From an uncultured Lachnospiraceae bacterium (GTDB taxonomy: Bacteria; Bacillota; Clostridia; Oscillospirales; CAG-272), in the NCBI GenBank assembly GCA_964631595.1, contig CAZVXL010000004.1, forward strand, positions 12,435 to 76,434: a stretch of DNA of 64,000 nt, in the 5' to 3' direction. Shown here in pieces: positions 1-9,159 of this stretch (positions are counted from its first letter, which is position 1; each line of letters opens with the position of its first letter). The translations under genes and the position numbers were made by a program. Below the pieces are notes generated by a model, which did no database searches, had not been told where the DNA came from, and was given only the letters and a program-made list of their open reading frames with translations.

Positions 1-1
1 C

Positions 2-595
2 AGTGACGAGGGAAAGAAGTGGCGTGAGGAGCTTAACGTCTGCCGCGAGATGAGGAACATTCTCTCCCACCACGCAAGTATAGACGGGGAAGCGGTGTTT
101 GAGCCGTCGGAGGGTGTGATATCCGCTCTTGAAAGAATAATCGAGGATGTGAAGAATCCGCCGATGGCAAGGACGATAGCCACGCCGAGCGCGAGGCTTG
201 TGACCTGCCGCCTCTCCGATCTGCTTGACAAGACAGTTGCGGCGATGAAGGAGCGGGGCTATTCCCACGTGCCCGTCGTTGAGCGCGGCAGGCTTTACGG
301 GGTGTTCAGCGTGGGAACTGTTTTTTCGATGCTTGAGAAATACGGGGCGAAAAGGATAGAGGAAAATTCCCACATAAGCGATTTTTCGGAGTTTTTGCCG
401 ATAGACAGGCATATGACGGAGACGTTCGGCTTTGTGCCGGAGGATGCTCCGTACAGCAGTCTTAAGGCGAGCTTCGTTGCGCGGGGCCCAAAGCACAGGA
501 GGATCGCCGCGCTTTTCGTGACTCCGAGCGGCAAGAAGGATGAGCCGCTTTCCGGCATCATCACTCCGTGGGATATGATAAAGGAGAGCAGATGA
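2..595 (+). CDS. CBS-pair domain protein, 5' end cut by the window edge
   Basis: The frame is open from base 2. There are two CBS repeats (GYSHVPVVERGRLYGVFS and RRIAALFVTPSGKKDEPLSGIITPWDMI). The first visible residues contain an R-x4-H string (EMRNILSHH). Confidence 0.6.
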   Translation, partial: SDEGKKWREELNVCREMRNILSHHASIDGEAVFEPSEGVISALERIIEDVKNPPMARTIATPSARLVTCRLSDLLDKTVAAMKERGYSHVPVVERGRLYGVFSVGTVFSMLEKYGAKRIEENSHISDFSEFLPIDRHMTETFGFVPEDAPYSSLKASFVARGPKHRRIAALFVTPSGKKDEPLSGIITPWDMIKESR

Positions 596-741
596 CGGTG
601 CGCCGAGGCTGTGCTTGAGCGGCGTGTGACCGGTGCTCGGCTCCCCGAGTATTTTGAGAAAAAGAAATGTCCTCTCGGGCAAATATCCGAAGGCGGTGTG
701 CCGTCGGTACTGCGCGAGAGGACTTTTTGCGCCTTGATGCT

Positions 742-1416
742 TTACGGATGGGGCAGGGCTTCGACTGCTGTCACTTGCAGAACAGCTCCGTCAACACGGA
801 ACAGAATGTTCAGCCCAGCAAAGTCGAGACCGTACTCTCTGCTCGGATCGTTTTGGTAATGCGGGCGCGGATCCTCGGAGAGGAGGAAAATAAGGGAGTC
901 TCTTTTTTTCGTTGGCACCGCTTCGAGAAGGCGCTCGGGAAAGATCACCTCAAGGTGATCCCCGCGCCGCTCGTCTGCAAAGCCTCCCGAGGCATCGGGG
1001 TGACTGTCGGTGAATGCGAGGTACGGCTTTATGTCGAGTATCGGCGTGCCGTCCATGAGGTCAGCCCCCGATACGCGAAGCACGTCACCCTCGGAGGTCT
1101 TTTCGATCCCGAGAAGACGCACGGAGGACAGCCCGATCGGATTCGGGCGGAACGGTGAGCGGGTGGCGAATACGCCGACTCTTGTGTTTCCGCCGAGCCG
1201 CGGAGGTCGCACCGTGGGAGACCAGCCGTCGCGCTTTGCCTCGGAGAACTCCCAGATCAGCCACAGATGACTGAAGGCTTCGATCCCGCGCAGTGCCTCG
1301 GGGCGGCGGTATTCGGGCTCAAATACTATTACGGCTTCGAGCTCTGTCAGTCCGCTCTGCCGAGGTATTCCGAATTTTGTCGGGAAATCCGTTTGTATTC
1401 TTGCGATCGTTTTCAT
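742..1416 (-). CDS. trmO: tRNA (t6A37-N6)-methyltransferase TrmO (TsaA/YaeB family)
   Basis: 224-aa ORF with family-typical strings FGIPRQSGL, FSHLWLIWEF, RSPFRPNPIGLS and DGTPILDIKPY. Confidence 0.85.
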   Translation of the reverse strand: MKTIARIQTDFPTKFGIPRQSGLTELEAVIVFEPEYRRPEALRGIEAFSHLWLIWEFSEAKRDGWSPTVRPPRLGGNTRVGVFATRSPFRPNPIGLSSVRLLGIEKTSEGDVLRVSGADLMDGTPILDIKPYLAFTDSHPDASGGFADERRGDHLEVIFPERLLEAVPTKKRDSLIFLLSEDPRPHYQNDPSREYGLDFAGLNILFRVDGAVLQVTAVEALPHP

Positions 1417-1500
1417 GTGTCCTCCTCGTTCCCGAAGGAAAGGTGAATTGTGCGCGACAGCTTTGCGGGATCACCGAGAGCTTCGTCTTGTGCTATTATG

Positions 1501-2358
1501 CTATTTGTCGCCGCCGCAGCCGCATGAGGGTGATGCTCCGCCCTCGTATCTTTCCGTATATCCGCTTATTGAGGGAGGGCTGAACTCCGAAACGGGAAAG
1601 GACATATTGCGGAACAGACTGCACGGATCGTCCTCCTTCGGAATCGCACATTCCTTTTTGGGCACGGAATATTCCGCGGCATTGATGAGGTATTGAGCGG
1701 GGCGCTCAATACGCACGACGGAGAAGAAGCCGAGTGAGATGAGCAGCTTGTTTGAGGTGTCGCTGTCACACAGGCTTGCCTCCATACAGCAGCACACGCC
1801 CTCGGGAATATCGTCTACGGTGCAGGGGCAGCAGCAGGCGTGACGCGGCTCTACCACCTTGGAGCCGAGTATTATCGGATCGACTGTTTCGAGAACAGCT
1901 ATCGGGAGATTTGTGGAGCTTTTGCATTTGCCTCTGCCGTCGGCGGGAGGACAAAAGCCGGAGCAGCCCTTTTCGCTCTTGAAAACGCTCACGTTCCCCT
2001 CACTGCCGAAAAGGATCACCTTCTTTTCAACTACCGCAATTCCTTCGAATTCCTGAATATTTGCGGGGCCGATGCAGGCCTCACATACGATTTTTGTGAA
2101 TATCTTTATCGTGAGCTGATAGAACCCACGGTTAAAAGGTACGGCGTCAATATCTATATATGACCAAAGTACCTTTGCGCTTTTAGCTCGGATCGCACAG
2201 GTGCGCTCAATGATCTCCTGCCCGTAGCAGGTGAGATACACGCGAACGTCCTCAAAGCAATCCTTGTCACGGCAGGAGTCGAGGACGCGGTATGTATCAA
2301 TACATACCATTTCCTTCGCAGAGCTCTTGTCGCAAAGTCTGTTTTCCGCCATTTTCAT
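1501..2358 (-). CDS. Cysteine-rich hypothetical protein
   Basis: 285-aa ORF with an AAAGGA RBS 6 nt before the ATG. It is very Cys-rich (CCCPC, CCCME, C-terminal SCGCGG). I recognise no family. Confidence 0.5.
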   Translation of the reverse strand: MKMAENRLCDKSSAKEMVCIDTYRVLDSCRDKDCFEDVRVYLTCYGQEIIERTCAIRAKSAKVLWSYIDIDAVPFNRGFYQLTIKIFTKIVCEACIGPANIQEFEGIAVVEKKVILFGSEGNVSVFKSEKGCSGFCPPADGRGKCKSSTNLPIAVLETVDPIILGSKVVEPRHACCCPCTVDDIPEGVCCCMEASLCDSDTSNKLLISLGFFSVVRIERPAQYLINAAEYSVPKKECAIPKEDDPCSLFRNMSFPVSEFSPPSISGYTERYEGGASPSCGCGGDK

Positions 2359-2545
2359 GACCGATCCTTTCTTGGGAAGTCTCAGACGGCGATACCGTCT
2401 TCTCTAACAGAATATGCCGACAGACGGAAATTGACAGAAAAAGAATACCGTTACGTTGGAGATGCGTGAATATACGAGAGTGCGGACGGCGCGCGGAAAA
2501 ATAAAAAACGAGCTTCATAGGGCATACACCTTATGAAGCTCACTA

Positions 2546-2623
2546 TGGGGTGAGTGATGGGAGTCGAACCCACGGTCTTTAGGGCCACAACCTAACGCTC
2601 TAACCAACTGAGCTACACCCACC
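2546..2623 (-). tRNA. tRNA-His (GUG), with G-1 and encoded CCA
   Basis: Reverse complement is GGTGGGTGTAGCTCAGTTGGTTAGAGCGTTAGGTTGTGGCCCTAAAGACCGTGGGTTCGACTCCCATCACTCACCCCA. The cloverleaf folds, the anticodon loop is TTGTGGC, and an extra 5' G lies opposite C73. Confidence 0.9.
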
Positions 2624-2626
2624 GTG

Positions 2627-2703
2627 TGGCGTACCTTGGGGGATTCGAACCCTCGACCTACTGCTTAGAAGGCAGTTGCTCTATCCGGCTGAGCTAAAGG
2701 TAC
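2627..2703 (-). tRNA. tRNA-Arg (UCU)
   Basis: Reverse complement is GTACCTTTAGCTCAGCCGGATAGAGCAACTGCCTTCTAAGCAGTAGGTCGAGGGTTCGAATCCCCCAAGGTACGCCA. The acceptor stem is GTACCTT/AAGGTAC and the anticodon loop is CTTCTAA. Confidence 0.9.
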
Positions 2704-2744
2704 AGATCCGTATTACTCCTCCGCCGGAGAGGGGTAATAAAAAA

Positions 2745-2818
2745 TGGAGCGGGTGATGGGAATCGAACCCACATGGCCAGCTTGGAAGGCTGGAGTTCTA
2801 CCACTGAACTACACCCGC
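2745..2818 (-). tRNA. tRNA-Gly (UCC)
   Basis: Reverse complement is GCGGGTGTAGTTCAGTGGTAGAACTCCAGCCTTCCAAGCTGGCCATGTGGGTTCGATTCCCATCACCCGCTCCA. The anticodon loop is CTTCCAA. Confidence 0.9.
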
Positions 2819-2846
2819 AAAGGCACTTTTCTTCAAGCGCTCACTT

Positions 2847-2875
2847 ATGATACCATAACTTGCTCGGTTTGTCAA
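2847..2875 (-). promoter_or_regulatory. Sigma-A-type promoter of the Gly-Arg-His tRNA operon
   Basis: On the minus strand: TTGACA, 17-nt spacer, TATCAT preceded by TGG (extended -10). It ends about 30 nt upstream of tRNA-Gly. Confidence 0.6.
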
Positions 2876-2979
2876 CACCTTTTCGGAAATTTTCGAAAAA
2901 TATTGTTCTGCGCTTTTTGCCCCGAAAATAATGTACAAACAATTATTCGAAAACCCTCGATATTTCCAAAAAACCGCAA

Positions 2980-3008
2980 TTGACACGGGAGGATACACAG
3001 GATATAAT
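2980..3008 (+). promoter_or_regulatory. Consensus sigma-A promoter of the mdh-fumC-hdr-flx-frd operon
   Basis: TTGACA (2980-2985), 17-nt spacer, TATAAT (3003-3008). It is the only such element upstream of 11 co-directional, tightly packed genes. Confidence 0.65.
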
Positions 3009-3164
3009 ATATAATGAATATGTGTGGGCTTTGTGACATATTCGGTGTGATCCGACCTACTCGGATCAATGCAGGATACTGCGACCTCGGTATCCGTCCG
3101 CGTGTCGGGCGGATATACGATCCGGCTGTTTTACAGCCGAATTCAAATGAAAGTGAAAATGATT

Positions 3165-4112
3165 ATGAGCAACAAGGTTACTGTAATCGGCTCGGGAAGT
3201 GTCGGCTCCACGATCTCATATACGCTTGCCGTAAACGGGATCGCATCGGAGATAGTTATGATCGACATCAATGAGTCAAAGTCACTTGGCGAGGCTCTTG
3301 ACATCAGACAGGGGATACCCTTCTGCTCCCCCGCCTCAATTTACGCCGGCACATACAGAGATGCCGCCGGCTCGGACATCGTCATTCTTACCTCGGGTGC
3401 CGCGAGAAAGGCGGGGCAGTCGAGAATAGACCTTGCCCAGATCAACGTGGATATTACAAGATCCATAATACCGGAGCTTGTGAGATACGCACCGGACGCG
3501 GTGTACATCATCGTGTCGAATCCGGTCGATATCCTCACCTATCAGTTCTGTAAGACCTCGGGTCTCTCGGAACGCCAGATAATCGGCTCGGGTACGATAC
3601 TTGATACGGCAAGACTCCGCACAAGGCTGTCGGAGTATTACAACATAAGTCAGCAGAACGTTCATGCGTACGTGTTCGGTGAGCACGGCGATTCGTCGTT
3701 CGTGCCGTGGTCGAACGCGACCATTTCCAATATCGCGATAGACAAGTATGTCGATTGCCTCACGGAAAAGGATCAGCTGATCCCGCCCCTTGACTATGAG
3801 GAGGTGGAGACCTACATAAAGAGATCCGGCGGAAAGATCATCGAGCGAAAGGGCGCTACCTTCTACGCCGTTGCGGTGTCGGTGTGCCATATCTGCAAGT
3901 GTATCTTTACCGGCGCGGACACGACGATGACGGTGTCCACCATGATGCACGGCGAATACGGCGTTGAGGACGTGTGCCTCAGCTCACTCTGTATCGTGGG
4001 CAAGGACGGTATCGTCGGAAAGATAGTTGCGCCCCTGACGGCGGAGGAGGAAGAAAAGTTCCGCCACAGCGCACAGTGTCTGAGAGACGTTATAGACAGA
4101 ATAAACATCTGA
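3165..4112 (+). CDS. LDH/MDH-superfamily 2-hydroxyacid dehydrogenase on an LDH scaffold with Arg at the Gln102 specificity position (predicted malate dehydrogenase)
   Basis: VTVIGSGSVGS Rossmann motif, SNPVDILTY, GSGTILDTARLR and catalytic GEHGDS. SGAARKAGQSRIDL aligns to LDH AGANQKPGETRLDL. The start is uncertain: in-frame ATGs lie at 3147, 3159 and 3165, and the track ORF starts at 3069. Confidence 0.8.
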   Translation: MSNKVTVIGSGSVGSTISYTLAVNGIASEIVMIDINESKSLGEALDIRQGIPFCSPASIYAGTYRDAAGSDIVILTSGAARKAGQSRIDLAQINVDITRSIIPELVRYAPDAVYIIVSNPVDILTYQFCKTSGLSERQIIGSGTILDTARLRTRLSEYYNISQQNVHAYVFGEHGDSSFVPWSNATISNIAIDKYVDCLTEKDQLIPPLDYEEVETYIKRSGGKIIERKGATFYAVAVSVCHICKCIFTGADTTMTVSTMMHGEYGVEDVCLSSLCIVGKDGIVGKIVAPLTAEEEEKFRHSAQCLRDVIDRINI

Positions 4113-4140
4113 GCCAAAGACTGAGAGAGGAGAGAATACA

Positions 4141-5517
4141 ATGAACTACCGCATTGAGCACGATTCCATGGGCGAGGTCAAGGTGCCTGCCGATAAGTAT
4201 TGGGGAGCGCAGACGGAGCGAAGCCATCGGAATTTCCCGATCGGCGTGGGACTTGAGGTTATGCCGAGGGAGATAACTGTGGCATTCGGTATATTGAAGA
4301 AGGCGGCGGCGAGAGCGAATAACAGGCTCGTCCCCGAGAGAATGACGGACGAAAAGCTGGCGGTGATCTCCGCTGCCTGCGATGAGGTCATCTCGGGTGA
4401 GCTTTTCCCGCATTTTCCGCTCGTTGTGTGGCAGACCGGAAGCGGCACGCAGTCCAACATGAACGCAAACGAGGTCATTGCCAACAGAGGAAACGAGCTT
4501 GCGGGCAAAAAGCTGCTTCATCCCAATGATGATATAAATATGAGCCAGTCGTCAAACGATACCTTCCCGACCGCCATGCACATATCGGCTGTGTGCGCGA
4601 TCGAGGATAAGGTGCTTCCCGCGGTGCGCCTGCTTATCAGCACGTTTCTGCGGCTTGAAGCCGAGAACGAGGGCATAGTAAAGAGCGGACGTACTCATTT
4701 GCAGGATGCGACTCCCATAAAGTTCTCTCAGGAAATCAGCGGATGGCGTGCATCTCTTGAGAGAGATGCGGAAATGCTTGAGCTCTCCCTCGGCGGACTG
4801 CGCGAGCTTGCGCTCGGCGGCACCGCCGTCGGAACAGGTCTGAATACGCCCGACGGCTTCGATACGGAGGTCGCGCGCGAGGTGTCCGCTCTCACGGGCA
4901 AGAGCTTTGTGACCGCCCCGAATAAGTTCCATGCGCTGACGAGCAAGGACGAGCTTGTGTTTGCACACGGCGCGCTGAAGGCTCTTGCCGCGGATATGAT
5001 GAAGATCGCAAACGACGTGAGATGGCTTGCCAGCGGCCCCAGAGACGGACTCGGAGAGATAACGATACCCGAGAACGAGCCCGGCTCCTCCATTATGCCC
5101 GGCAAGGTGAATCCCACGCAGTGTGAGGCGGTGACGATGGTCGCGGTTCAGGTAATGGGCAACGATACTGCTGTCGGCATTGCGGCATCTCAGGGAAATT
5201 TCGAGCTGAACGTGTTCATGCCGGTCTGTGCCTACAATTTCCTTCAGTCTGCGAGACTTCTTGCGGAGTCGATAGTTTCCTTCAATAACAGTTGTGCCGT
5301 CGGTATCAAGGCGAACAGAGAAAAAATGCACCACAACCTGCACAATTCTCTCATGCTCGTTACCGCGCTGAACCCGTATATCGGATACGAAAATGCGGCA
5401 AAGACCGCGAAAAAAGCATATAAGGACAACATCTCACTGAAGGAGGCCTGCGTCGAGCTCGGATTTTTGAGCGCGGAGCGCTTCGATGAGGTGTTCCATC
5501 CGGAAGAGATGGTCTGA
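4141..5517 (+). CDS. fumC: Class II fumarate hydratase
   Basis: 458 aa with the GSSIMPGKVNPTQCEA signature and the typical FumC N-terminus (RIEHDSMGEVKVPADKYWGAQTERS). Confidence 0.95.
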   Translation: MNYRIEHDSMGEVKVPADKYWGAQTERSHRNFPIGVGLEVMPREITVAFGILKKAAARANNRLVPERMTDEKLAVISAACDEVISGELFPHFPLVVWQTGSGTQSNMNANEVIANRGNELAGKKLLHPNDDINMSQSSNDTFPTAMHISAVCAIEDKVLPAVRLLISTFLRLEAENEGIVKSGRTHLQDATPIKFSQEISGWRASLERDAEMLELSLGGLRELALGGTAVGTGLNTPDGFDTEVAREVSALTGKSFVTAPNKFHALTSKDELVFAHGALKALAADMMKIANDVRWLASGPRDGLGEITIPENEPGSSIMPGKVNPTQCEAVTMVAVQVMGNDTAVGIAASQGNFELNVFMPVCAYNFLQSARLLAESIVSFNNSCAVGIKANREKMHHNLHNSLMLVTALNPYIGYENAAKTAKKAYKDNISLKEACVELGFLSAERFDEVFHPEEMV

Positions 5518-5540
5518 GGTCGGCTTACAAAGGAGAGTAC

Positions 5541-6326
5541 ATGATGACATACAGCTATTATCCGGGGTGTACCCTTAAAACCAAGGCAAAGGAGCTTGAC
5601 CGAAAGGGAAGGCTTGCCGCAGAGGCTCTCGGCATTACGCTTGAGGAGCTGCCGGAGTGGCAGTGCTGCGGCGGAGTATACACCATGGCAAGGGACGAGA
5701 TCGCCTCAAAGCTTGCATCGGTGAGAGCGCTTGCCGCGGCAAGAGAGCGCGGCGGCACTCTTGTCACCCTTTGCTCTGCCTGCCACAATGTTTTGAAGCA
5801 GGTCAACCGAGATATGAAGGAGCAGGGCGACATCTGCGACAGGGCAAATTCGTATATGAAGCTTGACATTCCGTACACCGGAGAGACGCAGGTCATACAT
5901 TATCTTGAGCTGCTCCGCGACAAAGTGGGCTTCGATGCGCTTGCGGAGGCTGTAAAGAAGCCGCTCGGTAAGAAGATCGGCGCATATTACGGTTGTCTCC
6001 TGCTTCGCCCAGCAAAGGTGATGCAGTTCGACGATCCCGAGGATCCGAGACTTATGGAGGAGCTTTTGCGAGCTCTCGGCGCGGAGCCGGTCATCTACGG
6101 TATGCGTAATGAGTGCTGCGGAGGCTATATGGCGACGGAGGATCCCGATGCCGCCGCAAAAAGAAGCGGTGACGTTATGGCGAACGCCGTCGGCGCGGGT
6201 GCCGAGGCGCTTATCACGGCGTGCCCACTCTGCCTCTACAATCTTACGAAAAATTCCGCATCGGGCGTACCGGTGTACTATTTTACGGAGCTTCTGTGCG
6301 AGGCTCTTGCGGCGGAGGTGCAGTGA
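5541..6326 (+). CDS. hdrB: Heterodisulfide-reductase subunit B-like protein (two CCG domains)
   Basis: Two complete C-x(n)-CC-x(n)-CxxC modules (PGC...QCCGG...CSAC and YGC...ECCGG...CPLC). AAGGAGA RBS. Confidence 0.85.
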   Translation: MMTYSYYPGCTLKTKAKELDRKGRLAAEALGITLEELPEWQCCGGVYTMARDEIASKLASVRALAAARERGGTLVTLCSACHNVLKQVNRDMKEQGDICDRANSYMKLDIPYTGETQVIHYLELLRDKVGFDALAEAVKKPLGKKIGAYYGCLLLRPAKVMQFDDPEDPRLMEELLRALGAEPVIYGMRNECCGGYMATEDPDAAAKRSGDVMANAVGAGAEALITACPLCLYNLTKNSASGVPVYYFTELLCEALAAEVQ

Positions 6327-6712
6327 TGAAATTCGAGAAAGAGCGTGAAGCGATAATCCGCATCAGCGGTGTGAACGTTCTGAAATGTATGAGATGCGGC
6401 AAATGCTCGGGCACGTGTCCCTCCTACGATGAGATGGAGTATCATCCTCACCAGTTTGTCTATATGGTGGAGAGGGGCGATATAGGGCCGCTCCTTGAAT
6501 CGGAGTCGATCTACAAGTGCCTCTCCTGCTTTGCCTGCGTGGAGCGCTGTCCGAGAGACGTCGAGCCGGCAAAGGTGATCGAGGCGGTCAGGCTTGTGAA
6601 GATAAGGGCGCAGGGCGCAAATCATATGAAGCCCGAGGACGTGCCCGATATGCTTGATCCCGAGCTCCCTCAGCAGGCGCTCGTAAGCTCCTTCAGAAAG
6701 TATGCGAAGTAG
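6326..6712 (+). CDS. hdrC: Heterodisulfide-reductase subunit C-like 2x[4Fe-4S] ferredoxin
   Basis: CMRCGKCSGTCP and CLSCFACVERCP motifs. Its ATG overlaps the hdrB stop (GTGATGA). The track ORF start at 6221 would overlap hdrB and is rejected. Confidence 0.8.
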   Translation: MKFEKEREAIIRISGVNVLKCMRCGKCSGTCPSYDEMEYHPHQFVYMVERGDIGPLLESESIYKCLSCFACVERCPRDVEPAKVIEAVRLVKIRAQGANHMKPEDVPDMLDPELPQQALVSSFRKYAK

Positions 6713-6730
6713 GAAAGGAAGGTATAGACA

Positions 6731-8722
6731 ATGCAGAGAATAGGCGTATTCGTGTGCCATTGCGGCACAAATATTGCCGGAACGGTCGATGTCGTTGCCG
6801 TTGCCGAGGCTCTGAGGAGCGAGGCGGGAGTCGTGATCTCCGAGGAGTATCAGTATATGTGCTCAGAGGCGGGACAGAACAAGATCAAGGATGCCATTCG
6901 GGATAATGCACTGACAGGTGTCGTGATCTGCTCCTGCTCTCCCAGAATGCATGAGGCAACCTTCCGAAAGACCGCCGCCGCCGCGGGCATCAACCCGTAC
7001 ATGGTGGAGATAGCGAATATCCGCGAGCAGGTATCGTGGATACATAAGGATAAAAACGAGGGAACGGAAAAGGCGATCATTCTCGGTCGCGCCGCTATCG
7101 CGAAGGTGCATCTCAATGCGCCGCTTCACGCGGGCGAGAGCCCCGTGACCAAGAGGGCGCTGGTGATCGGCGGAGGTATCGCCGGAATACAGACCGCGCT
7201 TGATATTGCCGAGGCGGGCTTCCCCGTGGATATAGTGGAAAAGAACCCGACTATAGGCGGCAAGATGACGCAGATAGATAAGACCTTCCCCACGCTTGAC
7301 TGTGCCGCCTGCATACTGACCCCGAAAATGGTGGATTGCGCGCAGAGTGACAAGATCCGCATCCTTGCCTACAGCGAGGTCGAGTCGGTGTCGGGCTTTG
7401 TCGGCAATTTTACCGCGAAGATCAGAAAAAAGGCAAGATACGTAGATGAGGTGAAATGCACCGGCTGCGGACTTTGCACCGAAAAGTGCCCGCAGAAGGC
7501 GATCCCGAACGAGTTCAATCTCGGAATGGATAACAGACGCGCGGTGTACATTCCCTTCGCTCAGGCGGTGCCGAAGGTCGCGACCATAGATCCCATGCAC
7601 TGCACGATGTTGAAAACGGGAAAATGCGGTGTTTGCTCCAAGGTGTGTACCGCAGGTGCGATAGACTATAAGCAGACGGATACGGTGATAAGCGAGCAGT
7701 ACGGCGCTATCGTGGTGGCTACGGGCTATAACCCGATAAAGCTTGACAGATTCGATGAATTTGCCTACAGTACCTCAAAGGACGTGGTGACGTCACTTGA
7801 GTTCGAGAGACTGACCAATGCCGCGGGACCCACCGCCGGCACGCTTCTCCGTCCCTCAGACGGAAAGCATCCGCATACGATAGTGTTCGTGCAGTGTGTC
7901 GGTAGCCGCGATACCTCGGGCTGCGGCAAGCAGTACTGCTCAAAGATATGCTGTATGTATACCGCAAAGCACGCGATGCTGGTGCGCGAGAAGTATCCGG
8001 ATACGGAGGTGTACGTATTCTATATCGACGTGCGTACCCCCGGAAAGAATTTCGATGAATTCTACCGCAGAGCCGTGGAGGAATACGGCGTGCATTACAT
8101 AAAGGGAATGGTCGGAAAGGTCGTGCCGGAGGCGGACGGAACTCTTACCGTTCGGGCATCGGATCTTATAGCGGGCGAGCAGCTCAAGATATCCGCGGAT
8201 ATGGTGGTGCTTGCCGCCGCCATCGAGCCGGACAGCAGTGCGAGACCGCTTGCGACCATGCTCACCGCAAGCATGGATACCAACGATTTCTTTACCGAGG
8301 CTCACCCGAAGCTCAGACCCGTGGAGAGCCCCACGGCGGGTATCTTCCTGTCGGGAGCGTGTCAGGGACCCAAGGATATTCCCGAGACCGTATCTCAGGC
8401 AAGTGCCGCCGCAGCGAAGGTCATAGGACTTCTTGCAAAGGACAGCCTGAAGGGCAATCCCTGTGTGGCACATTCCGATGAAATGATGTGTAACGGCTGC
8501 TCCTCGTGTGAGAGAGTGTGCCCCTACGGCGCTATCTCTTACGAGGATAAGGAATTCCGTATGCCCGACAGAACTACCGCGATACGCCGCGTGGCGGCGG
8601 TCAATCCCGCGGTATGCCAAGGCTGCGGAGCCTGTACCGTGGCGTGCCCGTCGGGTGCCATGGATCTTCGCGGCTTTACCAACAGACAGATCATGGCGGA
8701 GGTAGATGCAATATGCCGATGA
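6731..8722 (+). CDS. hdrA: Heterodisulfide-reductase subunit A-like FAD/Fe-S flavoprotein
   Basis: 663 aa. N-terminal VCHCGTNIAG, FAD fold VIGGGIAGIQTALDIAEAG, HdrA cluster motif CVGSRDTSGCGKQYCSKICC, inserted ferredoxin domain (CTGCGLCTEKCP, CGVCSKVCTAG) and C-terminal ferredoxin domain (CNGCSSCERVCP, CQGCGACTVACP). Confidence 0.9.
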   Translation: MQRIGVFVCHCGTNIAGTVDVVAVAEALRSEAGVVISEEYQYMCSEAGQNKIKDAIRDNALTGVVICSCSPRMHEATFRKTAAAAGINPYMVEIANIREQVSWIHKDKNEGTEKAIILGRAAIAKVHLNAPLHAGESPVTKRALVIGGGIAGIQTALDIAEAGFPVDIVEKNPTIGGKMTQIDKTFPTLDCAACILTPKMVDCAQSDKIRILAYSEVESVSGFVGNFTAKIRKKARYVDEVKCTGCGLCTEKCPQKAIPNEFNLGMDNRRAVYIPFAQAVPKVATIDPMHCTMLKTGKCGVCSKVCTAGAIDYKQTDTVISEQYGAIVVATGYNPIKLDRFDEFAYSTSKDVVTSLEFERLTNAAGPTAGTLLRPSDGKHPHTIVFVQCVGSRDTSGCGKQYCSKICCMYTAKHAMLVREKYPDTEVYVFYIDVRTPGKNFDEFYRRAVEEYGVHYIKGMVGKVVPEADGTLTVRASDLIAGEQLKISADMVVLAAAIEPDSSARPLATMLTASMDTNDFFTEAHPKLRPVESPTAGIFLSGACQGPKDIPETVSQASAAAAKVIGLLAKDSLKGNPCVAHSDEMMCNGCSSCERVCPYGAISYEDKEFRMPDRTTAIRRVAAVNPAVCQGCGACTVACPSGAMDLRGFTNRQIMAEVDAICR

Positions 8723-9159
8723 ATGAAAATAACGAGTTTCGTCCGTTGATAGTGGCATTCTGCTGTAACTGGTGCTCCTACGCCGGCGCAGACCTTGCGG
8801 GAACGAACCGTGCAGGATATCCGGCGGACGTGAAGATCATAAGAGTGCCGTGCTCCTGTCGTGTAAATCCCATGTTCATACTTAGAGCATTTCAGCGCGG
8901 AGCGGACGGCGTGATCGTGTGCGGCTGTCACCCCGGTGACTGCCACTACACGTCGGGCAACTATTATGCCAGAAGAAGAATGACCATGCTGTTCTCCATG
9001 CTTGATTACCTCGGCATCGAGAAGGAGCGCACAAGAGTGGAATGGATCTCCGCCGCCGAGGGCGCAAAGTTTGCCGCGACCATGAACGAATTTGTCGAGA
9101 CGGTGACACAGCTCGGCCCTAACAGGAGATTGGAGGACTTGAGATGCAGGAAAAACTGA
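8713..9159 (+). CDS. mvhD: MvhD/FlpD-like [2Fe-2S] protein (FlxD-like)
   Basis: IVAFCCNWCSY, VPCSCRVNP and VCGCHPGDCHY motifs. The ATG at 8713 overlaps the hdrA 3' end by 10 nt. The track ORF start at 8614 lies inside hdrA. Confidence 0.85.
   Translation: MPMNENNEFRPLIVAFCCNWCSYAGADLAGTNRAGYPADVKIIRVPCSCRVNPMFILRAFQRGADGVIVCGCHPGDCHYTSGNYYARRRMTMLFSMLDYLGIEKERTRVEWISAAEGAKFAATMNEFVETVTQLGPNRRLEDLRCRKN

Noticed and set aside
3069-3164. N-terminally extended track starts (3069 mdh, 6221 hdrC, 8614 mvhD, 20250 DMT, 31766 GH27, 34031 feoB, 39302 gerA-like, 58815 hydrolase)
   Set aside because: The extensions overlap upstream genes or lack an RBS. Internal starts with Shine-Dalgarno sequences give family-typical N-termini.
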